Notes under the pieces: model-generated | Database searches by the model: none | The model's input: only the letters and a program-made list of their open reading frames with translations | What the model was told of the DNA's origin: nothing | Assembly: GCF_006345805.1 (NCBI RefSeq) | Contig: NC_043006.1 | Coordinates: forward strand, 38,192,001 to 38,256,000 | Source: Octopus sinensis | Lineage: Eukaryota | Length of the DNA stretch: 64,000 nt | Direction of reading: 5' to 3' | Shown here: piece after piece, positions 38,986 to 53,382 of the stretch | Layout of the letters: the number at the start of each line of letters is the position of its first letter | Position numbering within the stretch: position 1 is the first letter of the stretch | Translations under genes and position numbers: made by a program

Positions 38986-39146
38986 GTATTGGTATGTAAG
39001 TATGTATGTACGTATGTTATGGGCGAGTATGTATGATATAGGCAAGATTGGTATGTATGTATGTATGTATGTATGTATGTATGTATGTATGTATGTATGT
39101 ATGTATCTATTTATCTAGCTAGCTTGCTATATATCTGTTTTTCTAT

Positions 39147-39193
<47 letters not shown>

Positions 39194-39458
39194 TCGAACA
39201 GTGATAATGAGTGTTCAACACTGCGTGTGTTGGATAAACACTCTTCATTATTTGTCAATCCACAAATAAAGTGTATAATGCTTTCTCTCTCTCTTGTGCA
39301 CACACACACACACTCGCACACAAATCTTTCACACATACATACACACATAGTGACTCTGTATTAGCATCATACAAACTCATAAATTTGTGGTGCAACCAAT
39401 GGTAACTCACTACTAGTCGCTAGTATTTGATTTTATTGTTACGACCGATTATTCTACA

Positions 39459-39518
<60 letters not shown>

Positions 39519-40678
39519 GTGGAGTGTAGTAAGTACTTATGGTAGTTGTTCAACTACTTACTTGTCTTAGAATAACTATCAGCGTTTGCACATCTCTTCA
39601 TCCACTTCCCGCTCCTTCACAAATTTTTGCTAGAAGCTGTATACAAGCGAAGTGAAATTGCACAGTTTAATTAGGTTTTTGACGAGATTATTATTAGAGC
39701 TATCTTCTTCTTACTACAGTTAACCGAGTGGAAAATTTTCTCGGAATCACTTTCCACCACGAAATGGCGGAGTCAACTAAGAAAATTTGCCGTGTGCTAT
39801 GTGACGACTTCATAAAGATTTCATAATTACCGACTTTTAACTGATTGCTTTCATCTCCTCCTGATTCCATATTCCTTTCGTTTTACTGCTTCGCCAAATC
39901 ACTTTCCAAATTCTTGTTTCTACGCCTTCCCTTTATCCTCCATCCATTCCCCATTACATTTCTTCTATGTCCTTTCATTCAATATCTCGTGCCTTTCACG
40001 CTCCTCCTCTCCCTTCTCCTCTTCTTTTCCCCAACTCTTTTCCCCTTCGTCGTTCCTTCTCACCAGTCTCTTTAGTTCTTCAGTTCTTTTTGCTCACCTC
40101 ACCCCTAACACAATATTTCAGCTGCCATACGTCTCTCCTTCTTACACCGTTAGTTTTCCATTCAATTCACTTTTAATAACAGTCTCTCTTTTTCATTTTG
40201 TTCGTTGGACATCGTTTTTCAAAATGGTTGTCAGAAGTGTCTTTCCAGCCGCCCACTCTGACATTGGGGCTAAACAACTAAAAAATGAGAATTAAATCAC
40301 TCACAAATACATACATACTAATGCATACATACATACATACATACTACATACATACATACATACATACATACATACATACATACATCACATATATATATAT
40401 AATATATATATATATAGATATATATATATATATATTGAATAAAATGGTACGAAATATATATATTATTTACAAAATTAGTACGACAAACGCCTGACACTTT
40501 ACAATTCTGATTCAGTCACACTTCGCCTCTCGAACTGTTTAGCCATCTTTCTGTGTCTCATTTTCTCTGTCACCGAAACCCCTTTCTCTTTTTCTCCCCC
40601 CTCTTTGTCTCCTCTCCATTCCCTCCACTCTTTCCTTCGGTACTCTGTCTGTCTGTCTCTGCCTCTCTATGCACACAC

Positions 40679-40806
40679 TCTCTCTCGCTTCCCTTCGCTC
40701 TCTCTCGCTTCCCTTCGCTCTCTCTCGCTTCCCTTCGCTCTCTCTCGCTTCCCTTCGCTCTCTCTCGCTTCCCTTCGCTCTCTCTCGCTTCCCTTCGCTC
40801 TCTCTC
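40679..40806. repeat. 20-bp minisatellite (TCTCTCGCTTCCCTTCGCTC)x6
   Basis: Perfect tandem units. Confidence 0.95.
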
Positions 40807-41140
40807 CTTAATTACGCTTTCTCTTTCTCCTCACACACTCCCTCTCGATGCCGTTTGTCTACCACTTTGGTTGCATATATCTCTCGACTCTATCATCACA
40901 GTCTCTCTCACGTACTCTGTCTCTTACCTTATTGTCTGTTTCTCAACCGCTTTTATTGTCTGCCTGACTTCTTCCTAATTCTTTATTGCGCTATGTCTCT
41001 CACCATCTCTACAATCCTACAATTTTATCGCTCCCACCCCGCATCTCCCTCTCTCTCACCGTCTGTGTCCTTCCGTCTTTATATATTAGTCTGCCATATT
41101 ATCTGCTTTTCTCTCTCTCGCTCTCTCCGTCTCTTCTTCC

Positions 41141-41183
<43 letters not shown>

Positions 41184-41678
41184 TCTCTCGCCCACTGGCT
41201 GTGTCTTTCAGCTAATCTGTTGTCTTCGTTCTCTTCTTAACCTCTTTTCTCTCTTGTTAAGCGAAAATGGCAAAATTTAGATGCATCTGTGTGAAGTCCA
41301 AAAGCAATCTAGGGTTCAGGCAGGTCATAAGTAAGAGCCAGTTCAGTTCTGAATGAGATTGGAAGTTTAATTTTGTCGTGTCGTCTGCCACTAATGAAAT
41401 GGCGCCGGAAATCAATTGTAGTATTAAAGAGTCCTCTCTATTCTACAATTTTCTGCTATGATTGCACAAACCAAATCATACACAGGTTCATTTAGTTAAC
41501 ACTCTTTGTTCAATGATATTTTCCAGTCTTATATAAACACGTATACGCAAAGATACACGAACACACATTCTTTCTGCCATACACATATACATGCATGTGT
41601 GAGTGTGAGTATAGGCATGTACATATATTTATACGCATAAATATACATCAACTGTATATTGGTTCATATAGGCAAGTA

Positions 41679-41753
<75 letters not shown>

Positions 41754-41754
41754 A

Positions 41755-41789
<35 letters not shown>

Positions 41790-41798
<9 letters not shown>

Positions 41799-42097
41799 TA
41801 GAAAAAACCCACCTTTTATCAATTCAAAATGAATAATTAAATTGTTTTTCTACCTAATTTATACATTACATTATTCTTGAAATTTACTTAATCTTTACTT
41901 TTTAATTGTTATTTTAATTTTAACTTTTCTATTATATGTCATTTTCTAGATGGTGTAATTAAATTATTCATTTTGAATTGATAAAAGGTAGTTTTTTTCT
42001 AATATTTTATATATATTATATTGTGTGGAATTTAATTTAGTATTTCTAAATTGAATTCTTTTTCCTTGTAAGTTTGGATTTTATTCCCTCAAATAAT
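41790..42097 (+). mobile_element. Penelope-like remnant: inverted repeat plus tail in (TA)n
   Basis: ATAAAATATTAGAAAAAACCCACCTTTTATCAATTCAAAATGAATAATT is inverted at 41960-42010; the tail is homologous to 21690-21760. Confidence 0.65.
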
Positions 42098-44559
42098 AAT
42101 TATATATATATATATATAAATGTAAGAACTTGCTGTGGACAAGGCTGCGTGGCGTTCGATTATAAATAAATAAAAAATACACATTACGTACAGGAAATTA
42201 CCAACGAGCGAGAAACACGTAAACACACACGAGAGATAAGTACAGGTCAAAATAACAAACGATACACAATAAGTACAGGACGTCACCAACGAGTAAAAAA
42301 TACGTAAACACATAACGAGAGACAAGTATGGGACAAAAAAAAAAACAAAACCAAAAGAAGTCTAACTCCTCCTCAGTTGTCGACTGCTTATTACTCCCTA
42401 TTTCGCCAAAAATCACCCGACAGTAAATCAAAATTCCATAAATACTTAATATTTATTTTTTATTCGTTCCAATTATGAATGTTTAATAATTGAATACTGT
42501 GAGTTAAAATTACCGTTCTTTTTTTTCAATATTTGCCTATTTATTACCGAAGTCTCATATGAAATAATTTTTTTGTTTTAATATTGGAATTAAATGGGCG
42601 TTGATTTACTGTCGAGTGACGTTTGTCTAACCCTATATATGTTTCTATATATGTGTATATATCTATATAAATTTGAAATATACAGCAGTTTGCAAGGTTT
42701 TACCAAATGTGACTAGGGCGTTAGAAACACCTACATTGCTAGAAATAGGAGCTAAAATACTCTAATGCTGTAGTCAACAAGTACAATTGTACACACACGC
42801 ACATATATATATGCATGCGCGTTGTTTATTTTTAATTTTGTCGAGTACACAGTTTAGTAAGATCAGTTTAGTAGGATAACAGTTATTATTATTGTTGTGT
42901 TGACTTTTGTTTCTTGCTTCAGTAAAACGTGTATCGTATTACTCGTGTGATTAAAAAAAGAAAAATGGAAGCAGATTTCTTTTTTTTTTTTTTGCGTGAA
43001 CTACGTTCATGAAGATGTTGGTTTTATTACCGTTATATTTTGTTTCCCGGTTTAGGAAAAACATGATTCACTTCGCCAAACAGCTTTCTCTTCTGGCAGT
43101 CAAGCAAAGAACAAAAGAAGTGCAAGTTTTGTAAACAAGGAAATTGATATTTGTACTTCAAATAACAGACGAGAAAAAAATGTAATTTTTCACTAGTGAA
43201 TACATGTCACACCTTGACATACAAAAATAATATAAGACAAATTCTAACAGAAAAAAAAAAAATAGCAACAACTTCAGAAATTCTACTTAAGCTTCAGTTA
43301 CCAGCAGCGAAGAAATTCAGTATATGAGTCTACTTGTAGAGAATAAGATGACGCAGTACAAATATGTGACAGAATCAAATGCTTCCTTACCTGAATCTCT
43401 TAGGCAGGAACGGAAGAGGAAGTAAGTAACCCACTTCTACTTCACAAACGAAGGAAGACAGTTCACAGTTTACTCCCCACTCCCCAGTGAATGTTTGAAG
43501 GAGGTCTTCGTCGATGTTTGAATAAATGCAGTTTTTTTCGATCGTAGCAGGAAGTACGGGAGTATTTGTTTGGTCTTGAAGGCCGAAGCGAGGCGAAACC
43601 ACAAGTTGATATATTATGAAACACACCTGTCTATAGGCTTAACAGAATGGGGATAATAAAGGAATAGAGGATAGAGATCAGTGTGGATGTATAAGTCCTA
43701 ATGACCCATGAAGACCATAAAGCTATTCCTGGAACTTTGTGGGTGAAAAAATAAAAGCAATAAGACTGATGCTGTTGCGAAGAAGGCCTTGCAGCTACAC
43801 ACGTGTAGTCATAAGAAAAACTTTGGGGCTTTCTGCCCTGAGGTACTAGAAAATCACAGCAAGAAACAGCAGTAGAAAAAATAAAAATAGCAGTAATTCA
43901 AAGAGACTGTCCCAACATCACTGTCAATCAAAGCTCCCAAAATGGCCGTGCAGTCGTCTTATCCTCGTTGCTAAAAGCTCAAGATATGGAAGCTCTTATC
44001 CCGTTTGTACCATCGCAACCACTTGTGACAATAGGAAGTTGATGCAAATTTAAGAAAAATAGCTGGCCGTTGCAGAGATATTGTGAAAAGAGAAGAAAAT
44101 CAGGCTGACAATTAAAAGCTAAATGTTTGTAAACAACACGAAGATCCACTTTACGGAATAACACGAAGTTTATTATCTTGCGAATTAGAAACATATTCTT
44201 TAGGTCAAGGCCTTGCTTTTACGAACTTGATAGCGAAAATGATGTGCTGGTATGACAAGGAATATTTAGAGCCGATTTGCAAGAGACAGGTGAACGATAG
44301 GACTAGGTGAGATCCACACGAATCACTTATCAGAACGAGAATGAGGACAATAAATGCTTTTTATCATGAAAAAAGCAGAAAATGGTTGCAGGAGCCTTTA
44401 AGTTAGCCGATTAAAAAACAAAAAAGAGGAACAATAGGCAAGCTGAGTCATGGGTACTCAGACCTAGCTGATAGGTTCTTACTCGTGTTTCTGAGCATGT
44501 TATACGTGTAAGTATGGGATGGTAGTTACGCTCATGGTTTTCATATTTTGAGATTATTC

Positions 44560-44950
44560 GTTTCTTTTCTACTTTAGGCACAAGGCCCGAAATTTTGCGG
44601 GAGGGGGACCAGTCGATTAGATCGACCCCAGTACGGAACTGGTACTTAATTTATCGACCCCAAAAGGATGAAAGGCAAAATTGACCTCTGCGGAATTTGA
44701 ACTCAGAACGTAGCAGTAAACGAAATACCTATTTCTTTACTACCCACAAGGGGCTAAACACAGAGAGGACAAACAAGGACAGACAAACAGATTAAGTCGA
44801 TTATATCGACCCGAGTGCGTAACTGGTAGTTATTTAATCGACCCCGAAAAGATGAAAGGCGGAATTTGAATTCAGAACGTAACGGCAGACAAAATACCGC
44901 TAAGCATTTCGCCCGGCGTACTAGCGTTTCTGCTAGCTCCCACCACCTTT
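44560..44950 (-). mobile_element. SINE family B (dimeric)
   Basis: Same structure as 12860-13260. Confidence 0.85.
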
Positions 44951-44959
44951 TTAAGGTTA

Positions 44960-45199
44960 TTCTTTTATTCTTTTACTTTTTTCAGTCATTTAACTGTGGC
45001 CATGCTGGAGCACCGCCTTTAGTCAAACAAATCGACCCCAGGACTTATTCTTTGTAAGCCTGCCACCAAATCCACTCACAAAGCTTTGGTCGGCTCGAAG
45101 CTATAGTAGAAGACACTTGCTCATGGTGTCACGCAGTGGGACTGAACCCGGAACCATGTGGCGGTAAGCAAGCTTCTTACCATACAGCCACTCCTGCGC

Positions 45200-45235
<36 letters not shown>

Positions 45236-45580
45236 GTGTGTGTGTGTCCTCGCCATTACTTGACAACACAGATGTTGATGTATTCCCATCCCCGTAAGTT
45301 AGCGGTTCGGCAAAAGAGAACCGATAGAATAAGTACTAGGTTTACAAAGAATAAATCCTGGGGTCGATGTGTTCGACTAAAGGTGGTGCTGCAGCATGGC
45401 TGCACTCAAATGACTGAAACGAATAAAAGAATATATTATATACATAACGGACTTTCAGATTCCGTCTACCAAATCCTCTCACAATGTTTTGGACGGCGCT
45501 CGAGCTACAGTAGAAGACATTTGCCAAGGTGTCACGTAGAGGGACTGAACCTAGAACCATGTAGTTGGGATGCAAGCTAT
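44960..45580. mobile_element. Rearranged SINE family A fragments in both orientations
   Basis: Minus pieces at 44960-45200 and 45445-45580; plus 3' half at 45230-45430. Confidence 0.75.
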
Positions 45581-46318
45581 TATGATTTTTATATAATCCT
45601 ATATTTATCCCAGATTTTCCTAAAATTTTATGAAATTTTAAAATTTATTCATTGTGTCAGGTTGTTTCGTCCATCCCCACATATTTATAAAATCTGTTTG
45701 TTTTGTCTCTTGTGTGCAGGTAAAAGCCCTTTTTGGCAAAAAAATTAAAATAGACATCTGTGTATCATACTTATTGCAGATACATTGAAATAGAAAAAAA
45801 ACTTACTGGGGTGCCATTCACCCGGAGATAATATCCTATATGGTCGTGCTGTGTTCAAAAATACAGTAGGTATATATCAGAGGGAGTCGGGACTCGTTCC
45901 AGCTACGGTGAGTGAGAATGCTAACTATATTTCTACATTAGAAATATTTCGTTGAACATTAACAGTAATGCGTACTCACTGACAGCATGCTAAGACGAAA
46001 TCCGCCACAATTGATATAGACAAATTAAAAACCCTGTGAATAAATAATCACAGGGTTTGTAAATAGACGCCTGACTGAACAGAAATCTGTTATTATTATT
46101 ATTATTATTATCTATTTTCATGTGTCATGTGCCAACAGTAATTTTCAAACGGCATCACGATAACAGAATGTGACTAACTGTAACTGTTTATGATAATAAA
46201 TATTTACTCTAGCAGAGTTTATAGGCTACCTTTGATTTAATTCGGTGCGTAAAATTACTTGCAAACACATTATGTGTGTGCGAGTGAGTGTATGCGCGCG
46301 TGCGTGCGTGTCTATAAT

Positions 46319-47000
46319 TTAATAAACATGATATATGTTTTTATGTGCAATTATTAGTTTCATACGATGAAAGCATGCCAGGCAGTATACTTTAACACGT
46401 TTGGTGTCTTAACGTAATCCTCAGGTACTGCCCACAAGGCATAACAAACTAAAAATAGGACGATAGGACGATAGGATGAGAGAAGAAGCGAGAAAACGCG
46501 AGAAAGAAGTAGATATGAAAAGGTCGAAAAACCTGGAAACGCAAAATAAAACTGAAAGAAGCAAAAGGTTATGGTCCTTTTGACGAATTGGATAGTTCCA
46601 CTCTCTCCGAATGAGCAGTTGTACCACAGACTCAAGGCCACTCACTTTTCAGTCATATACTTTACGATGAGAGAGAAAATAACTCTAATTCACCCCACCT
46701 TTTGCTTCTTTCTATTTTCTTTTTCGTTTTCCAGTTTTTCAACCTTTTTATATTTACTTCTTTCTCGCCTTTTCTCGCTTTTTCTCTGATCCTATCGTCC
46801 TATTTTCAGCTTGTTATGCCAAGTGAGCAGTGCCTGAGGATTGCGCTGAGACACCAAACGTGTTAAAGAATACTGTCTAGCATGCTTTTATCGTATGAAA
46901 CTAATAGTAGCGTATAAAAAACATATATCCTGGTTATTAATAATATATATCTCTCACCAGATGGAGCAATTTTTTTGTTGATCTTACCATCACGGAACAG
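46319..47000 (+). mobile_element. Penelope-like element remnant: ~245-bp inverted pseudo-LTRs plus 60-bp tail
   Basis: Arms 46319-46568 and 46697-46940; each has a decayed hammerhead CTGAGGA...CAAACGTGTTA; the tail 46941-47000 runs into (CA)n. Confidence 0.7.
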
Positions 47001-47051
<51 letters not shown>

Positions 47052-47057
47052 TATATA

Positions 47058-47089
<32 letters not shown>

Positions 47090-47272
47090 GGGAGAGAGAG
47101 AGAGAAAGTGAAAGAAAGGGATAGAGAGAGATGAAGAAGGAAATATATATTTATGTATATATAATATAAATGTGTGTGTGTTTGTGTGTGTGCGTAAGTC
47201 GTCGATTTTATTCTTACTTTCAACTGTGTACATGATTTATTTTTTACTGCCAGATATCAGCAGCTAACATTG

Positions 47273-47446
47273 TAGGAGTGGCTGTGTGGTACGTAGCTTG
47301 CTTGCGAACTACATGGTTCCGGGTTCAGTCCCACTGCGTGGCATCTTGGGCAAGTGTTTTCTTCTATAGCCTCTGGCCGACCAAAGCCTTGTGAGTGGAG
47401 TTGGTAGACGGAAACTGAAAGAAGCCGTCGTATATATGTATATATA

Positions 47447-47532
<86 letters not shown>

Positions 47533-47765
47533 TGTGTGTGTGTGTGTGTGTTTGTGTGCTTGTGTTTGTTCCCCCAACATCACTTGACAACCGATGCTGG
47601 TGTGTTTACGTCCCCGCAATCTAGCGGTTCGGCAAAAGAGACCGACAGAATAAGTACTAGGCTTACAAAGAATAAGTCCTGGGGTCGATTTGATCGACTA
47701 AAGGCGGTGCTCCAACAGGGCCACAGTCAAATGGCTGAAACAAGTAAAAGAGTAAAAGAGTAAGA
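47273..47765 (+). mobile_element. SINE family A, full length
   Basis: GGAGTGGCTGTGTGGTA head through the (TAAAAGAG)n tail. Confidence 0.9.
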
Positions 47766-50513
47766 GCTACAAACTCTTGTTAGGTTGGTTATGAAGACAC
47801 AACGATCTCGTAACATCAAGTGTCTCAAAGTCTCCTTGCGCTAGTGAATCAAGTCTGTTATGAACACGCATTCTTTTGAAATGAGAAGTTGTTTTCCAAC
47901 GACGAAATGCAATAGCTATTAGCATATTCACGTTCGAATCTGCCGGAACATATTAGGAATGAACATGTAATATATATGTCATCGCATAGTAGAATTATGT
48001 TATTTAAAGTATCCTTCGTTGTTTTTTTATGAGAAACTTTGTTTCCGTGAGATTTTTAGCTGTAATTTCTACTCTGTGAAGACTTGTTTGTCGGCTTCAA
48101 AAATATCATGTTTTAAGCAAGTTTAATACGAGACTGGCACAAGGCCACACATTTTTAAGAGACAAATATACTTAACACAATTCATTGCCAGTATAATTAC
48201 TAGACGTATTCCTGGTATTTATTTTGGCGGACGAGTATAGTCTGTTATAGCAATACTCTGGTGCTTGACTTTCGTACCCACTTTATCAACCACGGAAAAA
48301 CAGAAGCCAAGAGCAGCAAATCAACGTTGTAAGCGATTGGACGTAAATACGTGCTACATGGCATTGGCTACTGCGATCTACTCATTTCGCCAACCACTGC
48401 CAATCTCTGTCCAGTAAACCATTGAGATAAAATTCAATTGACTGGAAAACATTCCCTTTTAAAACTAACTTTATTTCATATCGTGATGTCTCTTGGGAGA
48501 ATCATTACGCCAATAATAATAACGCTATATCATTACGCCAATAATAACAACACGTTATGAGGCAGAGTTGAATGTAAGCATCCGCATTTAAAATTGGCTT
48601 TGTTTCTAAACAATGTGTACTTTATATATGTAAGCTGTACAAAGAAACGAATGCGTTCATACATATGCAAACACATATGTATACTGATATATACAAAAAC
48701 ACATTAACACAAACATACGAGTGTACATGTACACAAAATGCACTTATTTATAGATGTGTGCGAGTGTGCATATGTATGCATGTGTGTATGGATGTATATT
48801 TGTATGTGTATGCATAAGAGAAAGAGAAAGAGAGAGAGAGAGGGAGAGGGAGAGAGAGAGAGATAAAGAAAGGGTGAGTGGTACAGCCGGCATCTCTCTG
48901 CGAGTTCTGAAAGTCTTTGAGCCTACTTGAACTGTCAATTGAGAACTATTTACCAATAATTCCCGAAAAGCTATAGACGAAACGAAACATACTTTGTCGG
49001 ACTAACGATTATGGATTAAATGTTTATCTACAATAGGAACTATTTGTTGCGCTGGTACAAAGGCCAAATAAACGTGCGCATGCCCACTCTCACACAAGGC
49101 GTTTAATTCTATCCACGCTTATAGTTGTGGGAACCGTTGTCTTTGATAAATGTACCGTCTGCCTTACTTGCTGTCATTGAAATGTCCATAAAGGTTTGGA
49201 GTTCATAATCCTCAAATTTGTAGTATAAAGCAGAACTATCCCCTCTGATTTTATAATTTCCATTTATATTAAAACCTGCAAGACTCTGAAATCACCTAGG
49301 AGTTTCCACAGAAATGGTGATAATAAATAGTCTATCTCAGAAGAAAAGGTGAGGAAAACCACTTCAGAGAAGCTCTCGGTGTCATGTGATATCATTTATG
49401 TTCCCACCACCAGAAATAACAGCAACAAGAAAGATTTAAACCAAGTGCCTAAAAGGAAAGAGAACTAGGTCGGGTCTCTTCATGGAATGCTTAGTTTCTA
49501 ATGGCGTTCCATACGCCACCGAGTTTTAGGACGCATGAGGTCGGCTTCCATGGCCTACAAGTGACCGCATAACATTTTCCGCCAATCTACTACAGAGTTA
49601 CTCATTTTGGTTGGACTGTAGCAATGTGAAATGAAATATTTTGCTCAAGAAGATAACGCAGCGCCCGGTCCGGGAATTGAGTCCACTCTCTTGCGATCAG
49701 CACTCTAACCGCTAAACTACGCACCTTCACATTGAACTAGCATATTTCAACAAATATCTGAAAAAGAGATATTCGGCACAGCTAAAGAGATGCGTATGTT
49801 TTCCCATAAACTCGGGGATGATATTAAAATCGATAAGAAGTGTAGCCACTCATCGACTTGTGACAATAACATCAAAATTATATTTTTGCAGTCTAGTTAT
49901 TCGTGATAGCTGCAAAATACCTGTTGAACAAAAAATGACGCTGAAGGGATGCGACCCGAATGTCGATTATGCCATATCTGTAGAAGATACTACGAATGTA
50001 ATCAGCAACTGCCTAGAAATGTCATTAAGATCTGACTTTCCAATGCAGTATGATATTGTTGATAAAGTTGATACAACACCGTGCATAGGAAAGACCACAC
50101 TGGGTTAAATATCGCAAATACTTTTTATGTACAGTATAATATATACGTTACAACAAAAGAAATACTGGTGGAACGCCACCATAAAAATCTACGGCAAATG
50201 CAAACATGACAGGCCTGATATAATTGTTTGGAACATAAGAGAAAAGTGATGTACATAGTTAGTATATGACAATGCAGATCAAAGGGAGAAATGAATAAAG
50301 AGAAAAGAAACAACTCGGTACTAGCTGTAAAGCGAAGCATTTGGAGTTAAAATCACAGGATATTTTATTGAGACATATGACAATATGCTATCCCATCAGG
50401 AGCTACCAGAAGCCTATAATGAAGCAGAATACAAAAGTTAATCGCGGAATATTTGGAGAAGCAATAAATCACAGTGTCTCTCCCAATTTTGGCAAAAACA
50501 TTTATACATATAC

Positions 50514-50622
<109 letters not shown>

Positions 50623-52153
50623 AATAGGCGTAGGAGTGGCTGTGTGGTAAGTAGCTTGCTACAAAACCACATGGTCCGGGTTCAGTCCCACTGCGTGGCA
50701 TCTTGGGCAAGTGTCTTCTGCTATAGCCCCGGGCCGACCAATGGTAGACGGAAACTGAAAGAAGCCTGTCGTATATATGTATATATATATGTGTGTGTGT
50801 GTTTGTGTGTCTGTGTTTGTCCCCCTAGCATTGCTTGACAACCGATGCTGGTGTGGCTATTTGCATCTTCTGCAACGGGTGTTTATAACGCAGTTGAATG
50901 CAGCTCCCAAATATTTCTTCCAGGGAACGCTGTGGATACTCACCATAGAGGATGTAAATGACCAAAATGGCAGAACGTGCGTAGGGAGGAAATGGTATGA
51001 ACTGAATCTAGTGTTTATCGAAATTATTACTATATTTCCTAAAACATTCACTCGTAGTAGTCGTAAATCTAATTGTACACACTACAGATACTACCTTGAG
51101 GCCGTGTAGACTGAGATCTCCGTTGACAGGCCGCTGATATTAATAAAGAGTGAAAAACTTTACTTAGAATATGTAAATTTGTCACTCCAATTCTCTGCAG
51201 CTAATTAGTTTGTTGTGTATATAAACAGACTGGCCTGTTTTTTTCTTCTCTAGAAAATCCCACCGAGGTCATCTTGGCTTTTCATCTTTCTATGGTCGAT
51301 AAAATTAAGAACCAGATAAGAACAGGGGTTGGTGGAGTCGACTAACCTCTCCCTCTCGAAAATAACTGGCCTTGTACCAAAATTCGATACGATTATATTT
51401 TGTAATAGAGACAACAATTAGAAGATCAGTACAAACAAGAGCAACAACAAAATCAGTAATTTTAACAACAACAATGACAAGAAGATAAACTGCAACACCG
51501 ACAAAACGATCTACGACTAAAAATAACAATACTAGTAATAACTAAAATAATAACAACAGCAATAATACTAACAACAAAACAACAGTAGTAAAAAGTAATA
51601 ACAATAGCTACAAGAACAACAATACGTCTAACAATAATAACAGACGACAGTTATACGAAAACAATTGCTGCTGCGTAACAAGAGGGAGAACGGAATCAGA
51701 GGGAGAACGGAATCTGTAGTAAAATCAACATGAACAAGTTTGAGAAGTATTTGTTTTTAGATTACGAAACAGTACATTGATGAGGGGTTGTTGTGTTGTG
51801 GGGGTTTACCTTTGTCTAACAGGGAAAACCATGGTGGATAATAGAGAAACTAAGTGAAGAGGAATTCCGTGGGTGATGAGCGCTGTTGATGTATCTAAAA
51901 ATGGTTTATGTAACCAGAGAGATTTTTGGTAATGCTTACTGAACATGGTACTTGAAAGACAATCTGCTTTTTTATCCCATTTTCCCTCCTTTGAAAAGAT
52001 TCGATCTTCAAACTGTTTAGCTAGAAAATATTCAGGTAATCTATCTACGATATATATATATATATATATACATATATATATACACATATATATATATATA
52101 TTCACATATATATATATATATATACATACATATATATATATACATATATATAT

Positions 52154-52184
<31 letters not shown>

Positions 52185-52282
52185 CATATAAACTTTTAAT
52201 ACTTTTTGATAGTTATATAATATATAAAAAACTCTAATTTAATATAATATATATCTATATATATACATATATATATACATAT

Positions 52283-52333
<51 letters not shown>

Positions 52334-52336
<3 letters not shown>

Positions 52337-52497
52337 TGGCTGTGTGGTAAGTAGCTTGTTTACCAACCACATGGTTCCGGGTTGAGTCCCACTGCTTGGC
52401 ACCTTGGGCAAGTGTCTTCTACTATAGCCTCGGGCCGACCAAAGTCTTGTGAGTGGATTTGGTAGACGGAAACTGAAAGAAGCCCGTCGTATATATG

Positions 52498-52528
<31 letters not shown>

Positions 52529-52728
52529 TTGTGTGTCTGTGTTTGTCCCTCTAGCATTGCTTGACAACCGATGCTGTGTCCCCGTTACTTAGCGGTTCGG
52601 CAAAAGAGACCGATAGAATAAGTACTGGGCTTACAAAGAATAAGTCCTGGGGTCGATTTGCTCGACTAAAGGCGGTGCTCCAGCATGGCCGCAGTCAAAT
52701 GACTGAAACAAGTAAAAGAGTAAAAGAG
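52334..52728 (+). mobile_element. SINE family A
   Basis: Near-consensus copy embedded in (TA)n. Confidence 0.9.
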
Positions 52729-52774
52729 TATATATACACATATATATATACATATATATATACATATATATATG

Positions 52775-52808
<34 letters not shown>

Positions 52809-52995
52809 CACATATATATATATATACATATATATATACACATATATATATACATATATATAATACATATATATACATATATATACATATATATATATAT
52901 ACACATATATATATTATATATATATATACATACATATATACATATATATACATATATATATATATATATTCACATATATATATATATATATATAC

Positions 52996-53046
<51 letters not shown>

Positions 53047-53049
53047 AGT

Positions 53050-53373
53050 GAAGGCGCATGACTCAGTGGCTAGAGTGTCGAGCTTACGATCGGGAGGTTG
53101 TGAGTTCGTATCCTGGTCCGGACTGCGTGTTGTGTTCTTGAGCAAGACACTTTATTTAATGTTGTTCCAGTTCACTCATCTGTAGAAATGAGTTGCAACG
53201 TCACTGGTGCCAAGCTGTATCGGCCTTTGCCTTTCCCTTGGACAACATTGGTGGCATGGAAGATGGAGGCTGGTATGCATGGGCGACTGCTGGTCTTCCG
53301 TGAACAACCTTGTGCCTGGGAGGGTAACTTTTTAGGTTCAATCCCACGGTCAGTCATGACCGAAGGGAGTCTC
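53050..53373 (+). mobile_element. tRNA-derived SINE family D
   Basis: Head GAAGGCGCATGACTCAGTGGCTAGAGTG...GAGTTCG, core GTGTTCTTGAGCAAGACACTTTATTT, end GTCATGACCGAAGGG; inverted homologue at 58642-58963. Confidence 0.85.
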
Positions 53374-53382
53374 AATATATAT

